Below are positions 24,175 to 36,375 of a DNA stretch of 64,000 nt, one piece after another; the first letter of the stretch is position 1; each line of letters begins with the position of its first letter. The stretch covers positions 5,146,001-5,210,000 of the forward strand of contig JBHGNT010000021.1 in the NCBI GenBank assembly GCA_043228905.1, given 5' to 3'. This DNA is from Azolla caroliniana. Taxonomy: Eukaryota; Plantae; Polypodiophyta. Position numbers and translations under genes: made by a program. The notes beneath the pieces are model-generated. The model did not search any database and had not been told where the DNA came from. It saw nothing but the letters and a program-made list of their open reading frames with translations.

Positions 24175-25932
24175 ACGGAGGAAAAACAGGCCTGTGCAAA
24201 GGTTGCTTGGACCACGCTTATAAAAAGGAAAAGTGAAGGGGGGGTGGGATTGATAGATCTCGTGGTGCAAAAGAAGACCTTGCTAGGCAAACTAGTGGTC
24301 AGGAGCTTACAACCTCCTGAGGCACCCTGGAAAGTTCTATGGTGACGTAGATGGAAGATGTGGTAGCCGAGACAAGGTGGACGTTGGCCAAGCAACCCAT
24401 TTTGGGGCTTTGTGCCATAAATGAGACCCAAATATTGGGGAAGTATGTAGAGTCTATGTGCTATTGGAATGATGAAAGCATGGCAATAAATCAAAAAGGG
24501 GATCACATGTAGGTGGAGAAATGATGCATATGCTCGAATGTACATGCAAATTGTGTGAAACCCATTGATTAGAGATGTGGATGGGCGGATGATATGACAA
24601 AAAGTAGGTTTCAAATGGGTTGAGTTAATCAATGCCCAAGGGAATGCATTAGTGGAGTGGAAGAGGTTTTTGCCCAATGAGGTGGGCACTCAAAAGGCTA
24701 GAATATGGAGAATAAGCATGGGTAAAGGCATGCTCAAGAGAATTATAGATGCCATTGCATGCTACAGGAATACCTTGGAAGAGGAAGAAGTAACAACCTT
24801 TGAAATTGCGTGGACACGACTTATAGATGCTAAGAACTGTTTAATTGGCTTTAAGGGAATGAAAGTAGAATCAAATGAGGTATGCTACTACAAACTAGAG
24901 CACGGAATGGTAAGAGATGAGCAACCAACCTTTCAAAGAGAAAGGTCGATTAGGCTGATAGCAAAAAAGGGAAAGAATATGATTATTGACCCTAAGCCAA
25001 GGGAGATCACATCGACGACAATGTGTTGGCCTATAGAAGGGCACTTGGATCAGCTATCATGGGACCCATGCGATGTATTTTTGGAGAACTCGAGCACGAA
25101 TTGATCGGGCAAAGCTGGTTCAATTTAAAGGTACAACACGAAGATTGGGAGGCAAATTATTCTAGAATAAGAACATGACAAGATTGCGGCAAAGAAGTTT
25201 TGGATAGAGGAGGGCATTAGTGAAATGAGACTAGATAAATTCTGGAAAATGATATGGCATGACGGATATGACCGCAAGATAATGATGTGTTTATGGCTTA
25301 TTGCACATAGAGCCTTGCCGGTAGAGACGTGGGGTAAAGGCCCCAATGTAGACCCTAGATGTATTGCATGTGGACAGATAGAAAGCATTTCCCATTGTCT
25401 ATGGGAATGTCGCGAGGCAGTGGTTGTATGGGGAAGGGCACTATGTTTGCTTTGCCATGCCTCTAGTTCGTTCACCCTCAATTGGGGACATGCTTGTTGG
25501 AACTGTCTTGAGGATGATGTGGTGAAATACGATAGCACATGCAATACGAAGTATAGAGGGGAGAATGGCACGGTTTGGTTGATCACTGACAACAGGGTAC
25601 CTACAGCTTATGCACAGAATCAAAAACTTGGAGATCTTTGGACATTGCTTGCCCCCATTACCATATGGTGTATATGGACAACAAGGTGTACCAGGATATT
25701 TTCAGCACACAAATGCCCTCCAACTGAATCAATTAAGCTAATCTGGCACACATTAATAACTACACTAAGAGCTCAATATGAGCGGATTGCTGGTATTGAT
25801 GATGTTGCAGAATTAATGAGGCAGAATTTTCGAAAGCAGTGGTGTACTACACTGATGGCTACAACAAATGGAATGAATATACAATGGAAGTATGAAGTAC
25901 CAAGATGGTTGTTCCCCCCTCCCATTAGTTGA
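24175..25932 (+). pseudogene. L1 ORF2 C-terminal part with zf-RVT
   Basis: FWKMIW...LWLIAHRALP...CIACGQIESISHCLWEC...IWCIWTTRC. Confidence 0.85.
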
Positions 25933-26496
25933 ACGAGGGGCGTGAAAGAGATGGCATGTGAGATAGTGAATGTAGGTGATATGTATGAAAGGATGGCTAG
26001 AGACATATGTGAAAGTGTAAGATAAATAAGCGAGATCTCTTATATAGGATAGGATAGTCTAGGCAAGGCCTACCCGAGAAAGGGATCCAGTTTGTGTATA
26101 TTTTAACTAATGGAGTATACTCTTTTTTGGAAAAATAAAAGAGACACATATTATTTTAGATCTTAAATATTTCAGCTCGAAGGTTTGAAAAGTGAAATTT
26201 ATTTATAAAGTTAGTATTTGTTTTTTTTTTGTGATTTATTTGATTTGGTATTGCTAGAATTTTTGCTTTTCGATTTGGTATGCACAAAAAAGTAAATTCA
26301 ACATGTTCTTGTTGACATTATCGCTTGTAGGAGAGTGGTTGGTTAAAATTTTAAAAGTCCCGTTAGGTTCATAAGAAGCAGGACAATTTTTGGTAGGGGC
26401 TAGAGACTTTGCCTAACACTGGCGGTGTATTTAACTCCCAGTTATTTCCTTAAAAACATATTTTGAATCTTCTAAATCTTATTCCATGCATTACGT

Positions 26497-28174
26497 GGAG
26501 AGATAGTATAGTGTCTCCCCACACCTCTACTCCATAAAGGAAAACTTAAGTTATCATGGCATTAAATAACATTAGTTTCACTTCCATCCATGAATATAAA
26601 TTTGGTTGCATTTATTTTCCAACATATAATCACTTTTCCAACCAACATGAAGTCTAGCCTCAAAGCATATGCTCCATTTATTTGTGGCAGGAACATGGAC
26701 ACCAAGATACTTAAAACTTTGTAAAAATTGTACATGTTCTCTCGTATATGTAAGCATAGGGTATTGGTGAGGTTGAATGTGGAGAGATACTATAGTGTCT
26801 CCCCACACCTCTACTCCATAAAGGAAAACTTAAGTTATCATGGCATTATTTTCCATCCATGAATATAAATTTGGTTGCATTTATTTTCCAACGTATAATC
26901 ACTTTTCCAACCAACTTGAAGTCTAGACTCAAACCATATGCTCCATTTATTTGTGGCAGGAACATCGTGTTGAGAATCGACCGGCCACAACCGGTTTACA
27001 CGTATGTCTTTGGGTGCACATAATACTATATAGACAGTACACAGACAGAAAAATGAGAAGACAATGACACAAGATATTTAACGTGGAAACCCGAACTGGG
27101 AAAAAAACCACGTGGAGTCCACAAACTCCAAAACAGATCACTATGGTAGAGGAGAAGTACAATGAGAAACTTGGAGGCAACGACCTTGAGTTCACCTTCG
27201 TCTGACAGACGGTTACAGAGTTACACTCTCACTCTCTCTCTAACTTACCCAGTTACAGAGGCCACTACCTTCTTGTAACTCACAACTTAATCATACAACA
27301 ATGATCTACTACAATGATTCTACATTTTCTAAAATTTGCCCTAGTTGTTTATATACTAAAACAACTTTCTGGTTATCTACAAGTATAGCCCACAAAGGGC
27401 ACATTTAGACTATTTACAAACATAGTCTTTCGAATTAGTGGTATAAACGATTCTCGATTTTGATTTCGGGAAATCAATTTTCATCCTCGGCCTCTTGGCC
27501 TCGGCCAAGCTTGTTCTTCAATTCGGCTCATCCCATCCGGAAGGACCTGGTTTTCCCAACACATCGACACCAAAATACTTAAAGCTTTGTAAAAATTGTA
27601 CATGTTCTCTTGTATATGTAAGCATAGGGTATTGGTGAGGTTGAATGGTTCACACTACCATCATTTTTGTTTTATCCTCATTTACAATTAGTCCATCACT
27701 TTGGCGAAATGCTTCTAAGGCTCCAAGTAAACGTTGCATACCATCAACATTATGTAAAAGGATAACCACATTATCTGCATATAAAAGCTATAAGGTAACT
27801 TGTTGCATAAAGTTTGGGGCATCTAATCCTTCTCCTCTTGCAAAGCTATTCACCACTTCTTCCAATTTATCAATGCATAAACCAAAGAGTGTATGTGATA
27901 ATGGACATCCTTGCTTAACCCCCTTTGTTACATAAAAAGTATTAAGAGAAAACATTCTTAATTTTTAGTTGGCATCTAGCTTGTTCATATAATCGTGTAA
28001 TAGCAACTTGATGCTCTAATGGCACCCAATTTTCACCATTCTATTCCAGAGCTCACTTTGTGGTATTGTATCAAATGTTTTTTTTAAAAATGAAACAAAG
28101 CTACAATAGAGTGTATTTCCTTGCAATCGACTTTCTTCTATAATTACTCTTACTGTAACAAGGTGATCTATGAT
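26497..28174 (-). mobile_element. RTE/RTEX-like LINE RT fragment with internal ~260-280-bp tandem duplication
   Basis: Minus-strand IDHLVTVRVIIEESR, GVKQGCPLSHTLFGLCIDKL, LYADNV, QSFKYFGVD. Confidence 0.8.
26968..27561 (-). mobile_element. Solo LTR (Copia-like) in the LINE fragment
   Basis: TG..CA ends; TSD CATCG; ends resemble Copia-1/3 LTRs; duplicated copy at 46027-46633. Confidence 0.88.
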
Positions 28175-29135
28175 TGTTGTGATGTGTGAAATGCATATTA
28201 GGAATTAAGTTAAACTAGAAATATTAAAAAAGTTGAATATAGATCGAGGGTGTGGCAAGAAAGACATATTGTGAGTTGGAATAAATTGTATATGCTATGA
28301 GTGGGAAGTCAGAGGTTCAAGTGCATAAGTGCATAGTAGATTAAGTGGATAAATGAATGTAATGATGGACATTATGATTACCTTTTTGTTAGAATCAAGG
28401 CCAAAAGAAATGGTAGAGCATTCAAGTAAAAAAAATACATGGTGCATGCCTAAATTTAAAAAACACCCACTTTTATTTATTTATTTGTGAGAGGGTTTCT
28501 TGAAACCTATAAATGGGTGAAGAGAGATCATTGTTTAGGGGGATCGAAAGTTAGAGATTCAGAAGTGTTTTCGAAATCCAAAGAGAGAGGTATGGTTGCG
28601 AATCAAGAGTGCATGCGTGCAAGACCAACCACAACAAGAGGCAACAAACCACTCACCATGCATGGCCGTCGTCGTCTACTACCACCACCTACTGCTACAT
28701 TGTCGCCATCCGACATATGCCACCGTCACCATCACTGGCCACCTCAACAATATATATATATATATATATAAAATAGAAATAGTAAAATAATTAAATAAAA
28801 AACTATAATAATAGCAATATTAGTATTATTATTATTAGTAAATAAATATTAATAACAAAGTACAAATTATAAATAAATATATAATAGATCAAGAAAATAA
28901 ATAAGTAAATTAACTACATAGTAAATAAAATAAACCACAATAATGATTACATACTTATAATAAATAAATTATACTAAAACAACAACAACAACAACAACAA
29001 TAAAGCAAATAATAATAATAAATAAATAGTAAACAATATCATAGAAATGATAATAATAATACAAAAGTAATAACTAATTAAATTAATAAATTAAACATAG
29101 TTATAATAGAATAATAATTGAAAACCTACCTCCAT

Positions 29136-32100
29136 TGTGAAGACTGTGTAGTATTTTGGTCTAAAACCGGCTTGCTCAAGTGCTCATTTGTTTTTAACTT
29201 TTGCTCCATGATGGTACTATACAATTTAGCCCGTAGTTTAGCTCACCATGATTGTATGATAATTTGACACTTGATTTTTATCTCTTGCTTTAAATTTTGT
29301 CTTAATCCAATTCATGAGCCAATCATTTGGCAAATGTTGTTTATGTTGGCATAAAAGGCCGACTCCTTCCAATTTGTATCCTAGTGTGAACTTGTACAAA
29401 AGAGTTAGGGCTTAGTATATAAGCAAAAACCTAACGGTGTAAAAGAGAGAGAACTTTTTGATCATCTTGTAGAGCGATCTCTGACTGAGAGCGAGAGAGA
29501 GAAAGAATGTAATAGATCAAAGCTTCCATTAAAGGTTAGAACGTGTCCATTCTTTGTTTATTCTCTTGCATTCCTTTTATGTTGTTTGCTGGACACTATG
29601 GCAGATCCTCATGCATACGTTTCCACGCATATTCAATCCACAACTGGTATCAGAGCGATCTGCGGCTCGGCGGCAACAAACAGCAAAAAAAGCTGAAAGG
29701 AAAAAGACCAGGTCAGTAAAATCTCACTTTCAAAGAAGAACATGGCTTCAACATCCGGAACAGGAGTCAAAATAAAAAATTTCGATGGCAAAAACTTTAC
29801 CCTATGGAAGGAGATGATGCAGGACGTGTTGATCATCAAAAGACAAGTTGAAGCCATTCGATACAGTTAAAAACCTGCCTCGATGATAGCCGAAGAGTGG
29901 AGATCTACACACAAAATCACACGCTCCACCATTCGAATGCATCTGGCCGAAAATGTCTACTTCAGCATGGCAAAAGAGACGAAAACATTCTCATTGTGGG
30001 AGAAGCTACAAGCTGTGTACGAGACCTTCAAAACTGATTTTGATCAAACAACTAGTCAACATGAAGATGAGAGAGGCCGATCTGGCTACCTCCCACATCA
30101 ACACCTTCAGCTAGGTGTTGTCAAAACTCTCCTCACAAGGGATCAACTTCGAAGAAGAAGTCAAAGCTCTTGCCCTCCTATTGAGCTTGGCAGCGAGTTG
30201 GAAGGTATTCTGCATGACTTACGCCAATAGCTGACCAATCCAATCTAGATGAGACAATTGGCCAAGTCCTCACCGAGGACATTCGACGTTAATCGATGGG
30301 ACTCACCATCGACGAATCGGCAGAAGCCCACCACTCGACTGAGTCGGTCGACCGATTGAGTTGATCAAGAGAACAAGCCGACTGAGTTGGTCGACACCAT
30401 AGTCAATTAAAAACGAGGGGAGACTGACAACGGTCGAAGTCGAGAACGAGCAATTAGGCGAATTCTGCACACATTGCAGAAAAGTTGGCCACAATGTTTC
30501 CAACTACTGGTCGATTAAGAGGAAAGAGAGTGGTCGATGATCCGAGCAGAATCGAGGACGACCCGATCAGACCACTCTCCAGTCGGCAACCAAATCAACG
30601 TTGCTGACACGCGATCAGGACATTCTCTCCTTAGAGGATTCAATGATCGGAGAAGTCCTCTATAGTGCATAAGATGCAAACACGTGGCTATTGGACTCCG
30701 GTGCAACATTCCACGTGAACCCAAACATCGAATGGTTTTCAAACTATTCGGCCAGCGCTAGTGGCACAGTCTGACTAGGCAATGGGCAGGAGTGGAGAAT
30801 AGCAAGAGTTGGAGAAGTACCAATTGAACTGTCAAATGGCAACACAATAATCCTGCACCAAGTCCGGCACGTACCCGATCTGAAAAAGGAGTTTGGTCTC
30901 CATCGGCATGTTAGCTGAAGACGGGTACCGAACAACTCTAAGTGAGTTGGTATGGATGATCAGCCGGGGAAATCTTAGAATTGGGAGTGGAGACAAGTAC
31001 AACAACCTGTACCCATTTATGGCAGTCAATACAGAAGGGGCAGTAAACGTAGCTGAAAAGACCGACCCAAACCTATGGCATGGTCGACTCGACCATATGT
31101 CTCAAGCTGGACTCGATTGACTGATGGCGGTAGGCCACATCCCGAAACTTCAAGCAAAGATGGACGTCTGCGAGCATCCTCCACTACGAGATGGTACGAC
31201 AAACCCTAGAGCTCGTGCACACAGATATATGTGGACCCATGCCAAAGCGATCACTAGGAGGCTCCCGATACTTCATCGCATTTGTAGATGACTGTAGACA
31301 GAAGGTTCGGGCCTACTCGATAAGATCCAAAGACAAAGCGATCAAGGTCTTCACTTGGTGGATATCTGAAGTGGAGAACCAGTCGAGACACATAATGAAG
31401 ACACTCTGATACGGCAATGGTGGAGAATATACCTCCAGAGCCTTGAAACAATACCTCTTCGACAAAGAGATCCGGCATCAAAAGACTGTTTCTTACACAC
31501 CCATGCAAAATGGAGTGGTAGAACGGATCAACCGAATGATCTAGGAGAGAGTGACGATAATGCTCCAACAAGACGAATTGAAACTAGAGTATTGGGCCGA
31601 AGCATTGCAGACGACAATATATTTGATCAACCTGTCGCCGTTGAAAGCAATCAGGCTCAAAGTGCCACATGCACTATGGTCAAGCACACAACGGACCTAC
31701 GATAGGCTCCATATATTTGGGTGCGAAGCCTACGCTTTCATCCCCAGGGAGAACAAAATGCATATTGCTCGGTTATGGAACTGATGGGGAGTTCGGCTAT
31801 AGGTTGTGGAACCTAGAGAACCGGAAATTGATCCGAAGCAGTTATGTAGTCTTCAATGAAGACTCTATTCTCTCTACTAGGAACCAACAGAAAATAGTTG
31901 GTAAGTGTGAAAGTGATTTTAGAATTCAAGGTATTGGACACTACAAAAATATAAGGTATGGAGCATTCACATCCGGAGGACGAGAACACGAACCAAGGTC
32001 TTGAGGATAAGTCAAACAAAAAGCAAGACACGTGGAGAAAAGTAAAAGAAGAAAAAAGCGGGCCACCAAAACACAGTCTGAAACGAACGATCATAACTCA

Positions 32101-34298
32101 TTCGTTTGGAAGCCAAATACCATGTGCAACTATTGGTTAGAAAGCTTATGAAGAGAGCTATCCGTAGATTTTTAAAACTATAAATTTGGAGCTCGGATGA
32201 GGGAGATATGATGATTAGAAGATCTATGTGTCATAGCTAAGAATAGGAGATGGAAAAGCTCTAAACAAAGCGTGGAAAAGAACGTAAGGGAAACTTATCT
32301 AGTAGAGGAGAACTTCATATAAAGCAAGAAGAGTAAGGTGGTGGAAAGAAGAGTCTCTTTCTTGTGGTGATTTCTTTCCAATTCATGTAGTGTTGTTTGA
32401 ATTCTTATCAATAGATATTTGTAGTTGTATCTTGTTTCTCTCTTCCTTCTTTCATGATCAATAGATCTTTGTAGTTTTAGATTTATATATATCTTCTTTA
32501 TCTTTTCTTTCTATCATCACTCTATCAGTAAGGTCTCCGTCAAAGTCGATAACAACATCGTAGAAAGACCGACCCACAGGGTTGAATCAGAGATTCGACA
32601 AACAGTTGAACTTGACCAAGCTGATAACACACCCGCTGACTCCGAATTGGTAGGAGGTCCACAAGTCGAACTCTAAGACAAAGTTGAATCGACAAGAGTA
32701 AAAAAAGGCAAAGTCAACAAGGTGTGCGCCAAAAACGACAAAGCCGATCCACTCGACACACCCAAAGCCAAAGGGAAAAACAGGCCTAAGTCGACTAAGT
32801 CTTCTACCTCCATGTCAACTAATCTCGAAGAAGAGGAGGATGCCATAACATCACCGAAATCCTACTACAGGGGTGTGCCATCTAATAGGACTCCTGAAGA
32901 CGGTTCAAGTAATACCAATCAACCGGTCGGGCCGACTGAAGAGTTTGAACAAACAAAATCAGCACTTAGGAGATCCAAATGAGTCAGAAGGACTATAGAG
33001 TTTTATCAACCGGGCCTCCACTACGTCAACTACACGGATGCAGGCGCACCAAGTACTTACGAAGAAGCTATAGCCACACCAGACGCTGATACATGGCTAT
33101 AAGCCATGCAATCTGAGATGGACTCGATTCAACAGAATCACACATGGGAGCTAGTCGAATCACCAGCTGGAAGGAAGACATTAACTTGCAAATGGGTTTT
33201 TCGATACAAATATATATCTGACTTAGAGAAACCCAAATACAAAGCTCGACTCATCACGAAAGGGTTCAAACAAGAACATGGGCTCGACTACGATGAGATA
33301 TTCTCACCAATAGTCAAGATGACAACCCTCCGACTCCTACTAGGAGTTGTGGCGACAAAAGGCCTAGAGCTTGAACAGATGGACGTAAAGACGACATTTC
33401 TACATGGAGATTTGGAAGAAGACATCTACATGTCTCAACTGGTAGGCTTCACGGAGACGGGGGAGAAAAGTCACCTCATATGTCGACTGAAGAAAAGCCT
33501 CTATGGCTTGAAACAAGCGTCGAGGATGTAGTACCTGAAGTTCGACTCCTACATTAGGCAACTTGGATACCACCGATCTGACTCTAACCCATGTATGTAC
33601 ATTCGACAACTGACCGACGAGTCTAGGATTTATCTGATCCTATATGTCGACGACATGCTGATTGCAAGTAGCAATCAAACGGAAATAAGGAAGTTAAAGC
33701 GGAATCTTCAGGACATGTTCACAATGAAGGAATTCGGACAAGCCCAACACATAATGGGAATGAGGATCGAGCGAAATCGGACGACTAAGACTCTCCGACT
33801 CTCCCAGACTGTGCGACTATATCAGGAAGGTGTTGAAGCGCTGCAACATGGAGAATACAAAGCCAACATCAACACCGCTTCCGACGTCGATCCGATTATC
33901 GGACAAAGACTCTCCTTCAATGGACAAGGAGAGAGAGCTTAATGGAAAGATGCCCTATGCATCGGCCGTAGGAAGTATCATGTACGCAATGGTGGTGACC
34001 CGACCTAACCCGACCTAGCCTATGCCATAGGGGTGGTTAGCCGGTGCATGTCAAATCCAGGACGAAAGCATTGGGAGGCTGTCAAGCACATCTTCAGGTA
34101 CCTAAGAGGGACCAAAGATACACAACTGACTTTCAGTTTGACAACCTCAAATGAAGTCGAAGGCTACACTGACTCCGCCTATGCCGGTAATACAAACAAT
34201 CGAAAGTCAACATCTGGGTATATCTTCACCTATGGTGGTGGTGCTATATCATGGAGGTCAAAGCTTCAAGAGTGCACGACCCTGCGGACCACAGAGGT
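29136..34298 (+). mobile_element. Ty1/Copia element 'Copia-5', degenerate and 3'-truncated in RNase H
   Basis: PBS TGGTATCAGAGC at 29645-29656 after an LTR-like segment (left end approximate); gag, CTHCRKVGH, DSGAT, integrase, RT YVDD, start of RNase H. Confidence 0.88.
31906..32527. mobile_element. Solo LTR inserted in Copia-5
   Basis: TG..CA ends; perfect TSD GTAAG (31901-31905 and 32528-32532). Confidence 0.8.
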
Positions 34299-34299
34299 T

Positions 34300-36200
34300 G
34301 ATCATCCCATGCTTGCTTTGAGGTTAAACAACCTTTCCTTTTTCCTTTATTGCATTTGGAAGTATTGTCTTTTCTTTCTCCTCACTACGTTTTTATATTT
34401 GTGCCAAGCCATGACCCGTTCACTTTCCCCTTTCACAAACTTATATAGTTTGAGATATATCTTATATAATTTGTAATGGGAAATGTAAGATATATCTCAA
34501 ACTATATATCTTTCAAATGTTTTAAACTTCTTTTGCATATAATGTAACTTTATTGTAACAAGGTGGAATGCTATATCTTATTTCCTCTTTCACTTTACCA
34601 CATTTGTTGATAGAGTGTGAGAGTGTAAGATCCAAGGCTTATGGACCAAGTTTGAAGATAAAGCACCAATCTTAAATGCATCCACCATGAACAAACCACA
34701 TGCCTTCATTAGTACATAATCTATTACACTTCCTCTACATGAGGCTAGTAAACATTTGAGCACATTTGTTAAATGAAAAACATTGTTAGCATTTAAGACA
34801 ATCAAGTTTGTGCAGTCAAGAATATGTATAAGAATCCTTTCATCACAATACAATCCTTTGAGTCACACAATAGACAAGGATCCACTATATTTTCTTTCGA
34901 TATCTCTATATTTGGTATTTTCCAACTCTAGCATTATAAGTCTCCCATAATCAACACGTTACCAAGCTTCTAAAAAACAAGTATCTCTTGACATAAACCT
35001 AAAAGGATCATTAACAATCGGCAACAGTTTGGTTCGGTTCGAGGGTGTCCAAACCGAACTATTTAAAAAATTTGAAACCTAAACAGAACCGAACTAAACC
35101 GAACCACGAAACCGTTTAAACTGAACCGTTAGGTAAATATCCAAACCATTAAACCGCTAATACCGCGGTTTCGTGGTTCGGTTTTGGTTTTTAACTTAGG
35201 TCAAAATTTAAAACTTAAAAATTTTCATTATTTCAATTTTCAAATTTTCAAATATTTAAAGATTTTTCCTAAAATGTGAGAATTAGGATTAAAATGAAAA
35301 GGTTGTTTAAAAAATAATAAATTCAAAATTCAAAAGATTTAAAAGCCATCAAACCGTTAAAAAAAACTTGAGCATGAACCAAACCGTTGCCAATTGTTAA
35401 GGATCATCATGTTCCAAACCAAATCTAGTATAATGGTTTAACTCTTTATGAGGAATCCCACATGTGCCTAAGTAGAGATTCTATTCTCCCAAATTAATCT
35501 CTATTCATACATATTGCTTATAATCATCATACTTACATAATCTTATATAATGATCTAATCTCTCATAGTAAATATATGCTATCCCTGCACATCTAATATT
35601 CCCTTTAGAGTGAGGCCATATCGATTTATAAGGTAGCCATCTCTCTTAGGTATGTGTTTTGCATCATACTCCCAAGTTTCAACCAAAAATAAAAAATCAA
35701 TAACCTGTGCTACATCCCTTAGTCCCCATGGATATCCTCTACAATTCCAAAACATGAATTTTTTAAATTGAGGTATTTGTAGTCCCATGGGTCATCACTT
35801 GCTATGCTATGGATTTTGAATTCCTTTCTTAGATACATATTCTTGCGTTCTACGCTCTTGATCTTTTAGATTTCAATCCTCCAATATAAAGATGATAACC
35901 TTTTCTTACCAACCTTATGTGTGGTGTATATGTTAGTAACATTTCAAACAAGAAAACGACACTCAAAGAATTTTGTAATATTCTCCACAAGTGAAAGCAC
36001 ATTCTTTGATTCATTCTCTGACATGCCTCTAATAACATTATTCTTTCTTCTTTCAATTTCATGTTCCTCTTTTGCATCTTCGCCATTTGTAGTGTTAAAA
36101 TTAATTGCAATATTTTCACGTAGCGGGTGCTTCAACCTTGCAATATTTATGGACATAGACACATAAAGCAAGTGCACATGGATATTATGTGCATACACGG
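34300..36200 (-). mobile_element. RTE/RTEX-like LINE 5' part (ORF1-like remnant and endonuclease); probably the same element as 26497-28174
   Basis: EIERRKNNVIRGMSE (ORF1-like), FMFWNCRG, FLVETW, MGDYNAR, GSVIDYVL; collinear with and on the same strand as the RT fragment. Confidence 0.7.
35012..35399. mobile_element. hAT-type MITE
   Basis: 24-bp TIRs TAACAAT(C/T)GGCAAC(A/G)GTTTGGTTC; perfect 8-bp TSD AGGATCAT; subterminal AACCG repeats. Confidence 0.9.
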
Positions 36201-36375
36201 TAATAATAATTGATTTTGTGTTTATTTGTAATAGCTTGTTCCTATTGCCAACAAATGAGTTAAATAAAGAAAAGGCATCCTTCTTTCATGGTCTCGTTTT
36301 TAGTGAGAGAGGATTGTTAATTTTCAGCTAGGTTCATGGTGTTTGCAGTTCAAAACCCTCCGAGCACAAGGATAT

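Larger units (their letters stand above)
2372..26135 (+). mobile_element. Full-length degenerate L1-clade LINE interrupted by nested LTR retrotransposons
   Basis: 17-bp TSD TAAAAGAG(G/A)CACATATT at 2355-2371 and 26136-26152; ORF1 remnant ~2600-2950; endonuclease 8369-9050 (TWNIQG, NIYAPN, GGDFN, SRLDR, DHAPV); RT ~9260-10850; resumes at 24175 (KVAW...EGGVG); Cys-rich zf-RVT region 25225-25932. Confidence 0.9.

Noticed and set aside
28175-29135. Possible further LTR with a B-box-like GGTTCAAG near 28314
   Set aside because: TGTTGTGATG start and a TATA are suggestive, but no end, TSD or convincing A-box could be defined.
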